A stretch of DNA of 64,000 nucleotides from Girardia tigrina (Eukaryota). The notes beneath the pieces are model-generated. The model was not told where the DNA came from and made no database searches. It was given only the letters and a program-made list of their open reading frames with translations. Below, in pieces: positions 62,380 to 64,000 of the stretch; position 1 is the stretch's first letter; each line of letters opens with the position of its first letter. The stretch spans positions 1-64,000 of the forward strand of contig MQRK01213424.1 in NCBI GenBank assembly GCA_001938485.1, written 5' to 3'. The position numbers and the translations under genes are program-made.

Positions 62380-64000
62380 GACCAAAAGGTGAATAACCAT
62401 CAGGAAAGCAAAAGAAATGGAAACACAACCTTTGTACTATATTTCAACAAAGAAACACACTAATAACCATCAGAATAGAGTAAAACGACAAGTGTGTCAC
62501 TTATTCCAAATTCCCGTGTATCATAAGAATGGAATAGTGGAATGCGAATTCCTTCCTTTTGCTTGTGCCATTTTTGGACAACGTCTCGCGCTTCCTCATC
62601 TGTCATCTTTTCTATATCCTCCATCCTGACCAGAATACATGCTTCCATGTTTTCAACGGACATACATTGCCTAAAACGTGTGAGGATTCTATTCATGCCA
62701 CTGAACGACCTATCGACACTTAGTGTTCCTAAAGGACACAGAAGAATAACTGACACCACCTTTGAGAGGTTAAGAAAAGTTCCAACCAAAACTTCTGTTG
62801 AATCCACCAAAGATCGAAGCACATCCGAGGAAGAAGGAATGACTTCCTTTTGTCGAAGAAATACCAAATGGTTGCGAAACACATTGAACTCATCCAATGC
62901 TTTGTCTGTTATGCTGTTGAGAACTGTATGACTTGCACAAATCATTCACGGCTGTCAGGCAGACTGCACTCGGTCTGAAAGACAATGAAACAATTAATAT
63001 GAAACCAAAAACCTTTCTTTAACAACATTTCATAAATAAATATAGTTAACACAACAAAGTAAAATTTGTGATTATCTCAGTAATGTTACATATTTTTCGG
63101 CGAGTCAACTACAATGCGATATTTACTTAAGTTTATTGTTGCGTTAACTGTGTATGAAATGGGTACTCCTCACCAATGCAACTGAAAAAAAATTAAGGTA
63201 CTCACCTTGTCAAACTAATGAAGGGTCAAATAATGAAGTCGCGGAGCACATCACCATAACTTGACCCGAAAATCGATCTGCAAAGTTTTTCAACAGACCC
63301 ATGATAAATGGTTTCACAATTTTCGGATGTATAGAAACATGATCGACTTGATTTTCATTCACAAGAGCTGTAGACGTTGATTGAACGAAGAGCTGTGCTT
63401 ATTCTTGATAAAGAATAGGATTCTCCACTAATTCATTCAAAGTGCCTTTGGCAGTTCAAATGGACTCATCCATTCTCACAAGAGTCGAGTTTGGAGACTG
63501 TAGGTGATTTGATAAAATGAAAAGAAGCTGAAGAATACGCTTCAATGCAAATAGTAGATTAATTCCCTTTGATGTCGGAAGTGTCAACAGCTGGACATCA
63601 GCTTCTGATGATAAGTCATTACCATCTGCATAAATTTCTTGCAAAATTGTTCATGAAATGCACTGATAGTCCACCTTGTGTTGTCAGACCGGACAAGATC
63701 CGTGTCTGGTCAATCAAGCAAGTCTTGAATTGCTTTGAATTTTCTGAAGTTCTTCGGACTGTTGCAGAGGAGCCGCAACAGCTATTTAGAGTAGAAAAGA
63801 TCTTTTTAATTTCCGGATACTTTTGCGCAGCATTCACGCACAATAACTGTAAGGCGTGGCTGCGACAATGAATATATACCGCATCTTTAGTGTGATGTTT
63901 AATCAGCAGAGCGTGCGTGCCATTTTTTTACCAGCCATGTTGCTGGTACCATCTTTGAGGTAAATATCCATTTTCCCAATACATCCAAAATGCCATTGGT
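62380..64000 (-). mobile_element. hAT (ZNF862-like) transposase, decayed, with intron; runs off window
   Basis: DGTSNMAG...AVYIHCRSHALQL; C-terminal dimerization domain LCPLGTLSVDRSFSGMNRILTRFRQCM; GTGAGT...TTTCAG intron at ~63206-62975. Confidence 0.85.

Overview
AT-rich eukaryotic DNA with short 45-75 nt introns, many (TA)n tracts and N gaps. The composition and transposon spectrum suggest a triclad flatworm or similar invertebrate (inference). Most of the window is nested, decayed transposons: two Ty3/Gypsy elements, a 3-kb solo-LTR-like insertion, several Tc1/mariner and pogo elements, hAT, Chapaev3, MULE, piggyBac and Tc1 MITEs, RTE LINEs and Penelope-like elements. Two intact spliced host genes were reconstructed by hand. 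(1) A 5-exon selenoprotein W (15055-15557, +) has an in-frame TGA in a CxxU motif and a well-formed type II SECIS; the ORF track misses it completely. (2) A 7-exon DOMON-cytochrome b561 / ferric-chelate reductase-like gene (39519-21612, -) appears to have lost both DOMON heme ligands. Other notable signals are five Penelope-associated minimal hammerhead ribozyme motifs with co-varying stems (48.9-53.8 kb), host-gene fragments inside or among transposons (divergent beta-tubulin, EGF-like ligand, NDUFA10-like exons), and a 30-nt stem-loop motif that occurs twice, 37 kb apart.
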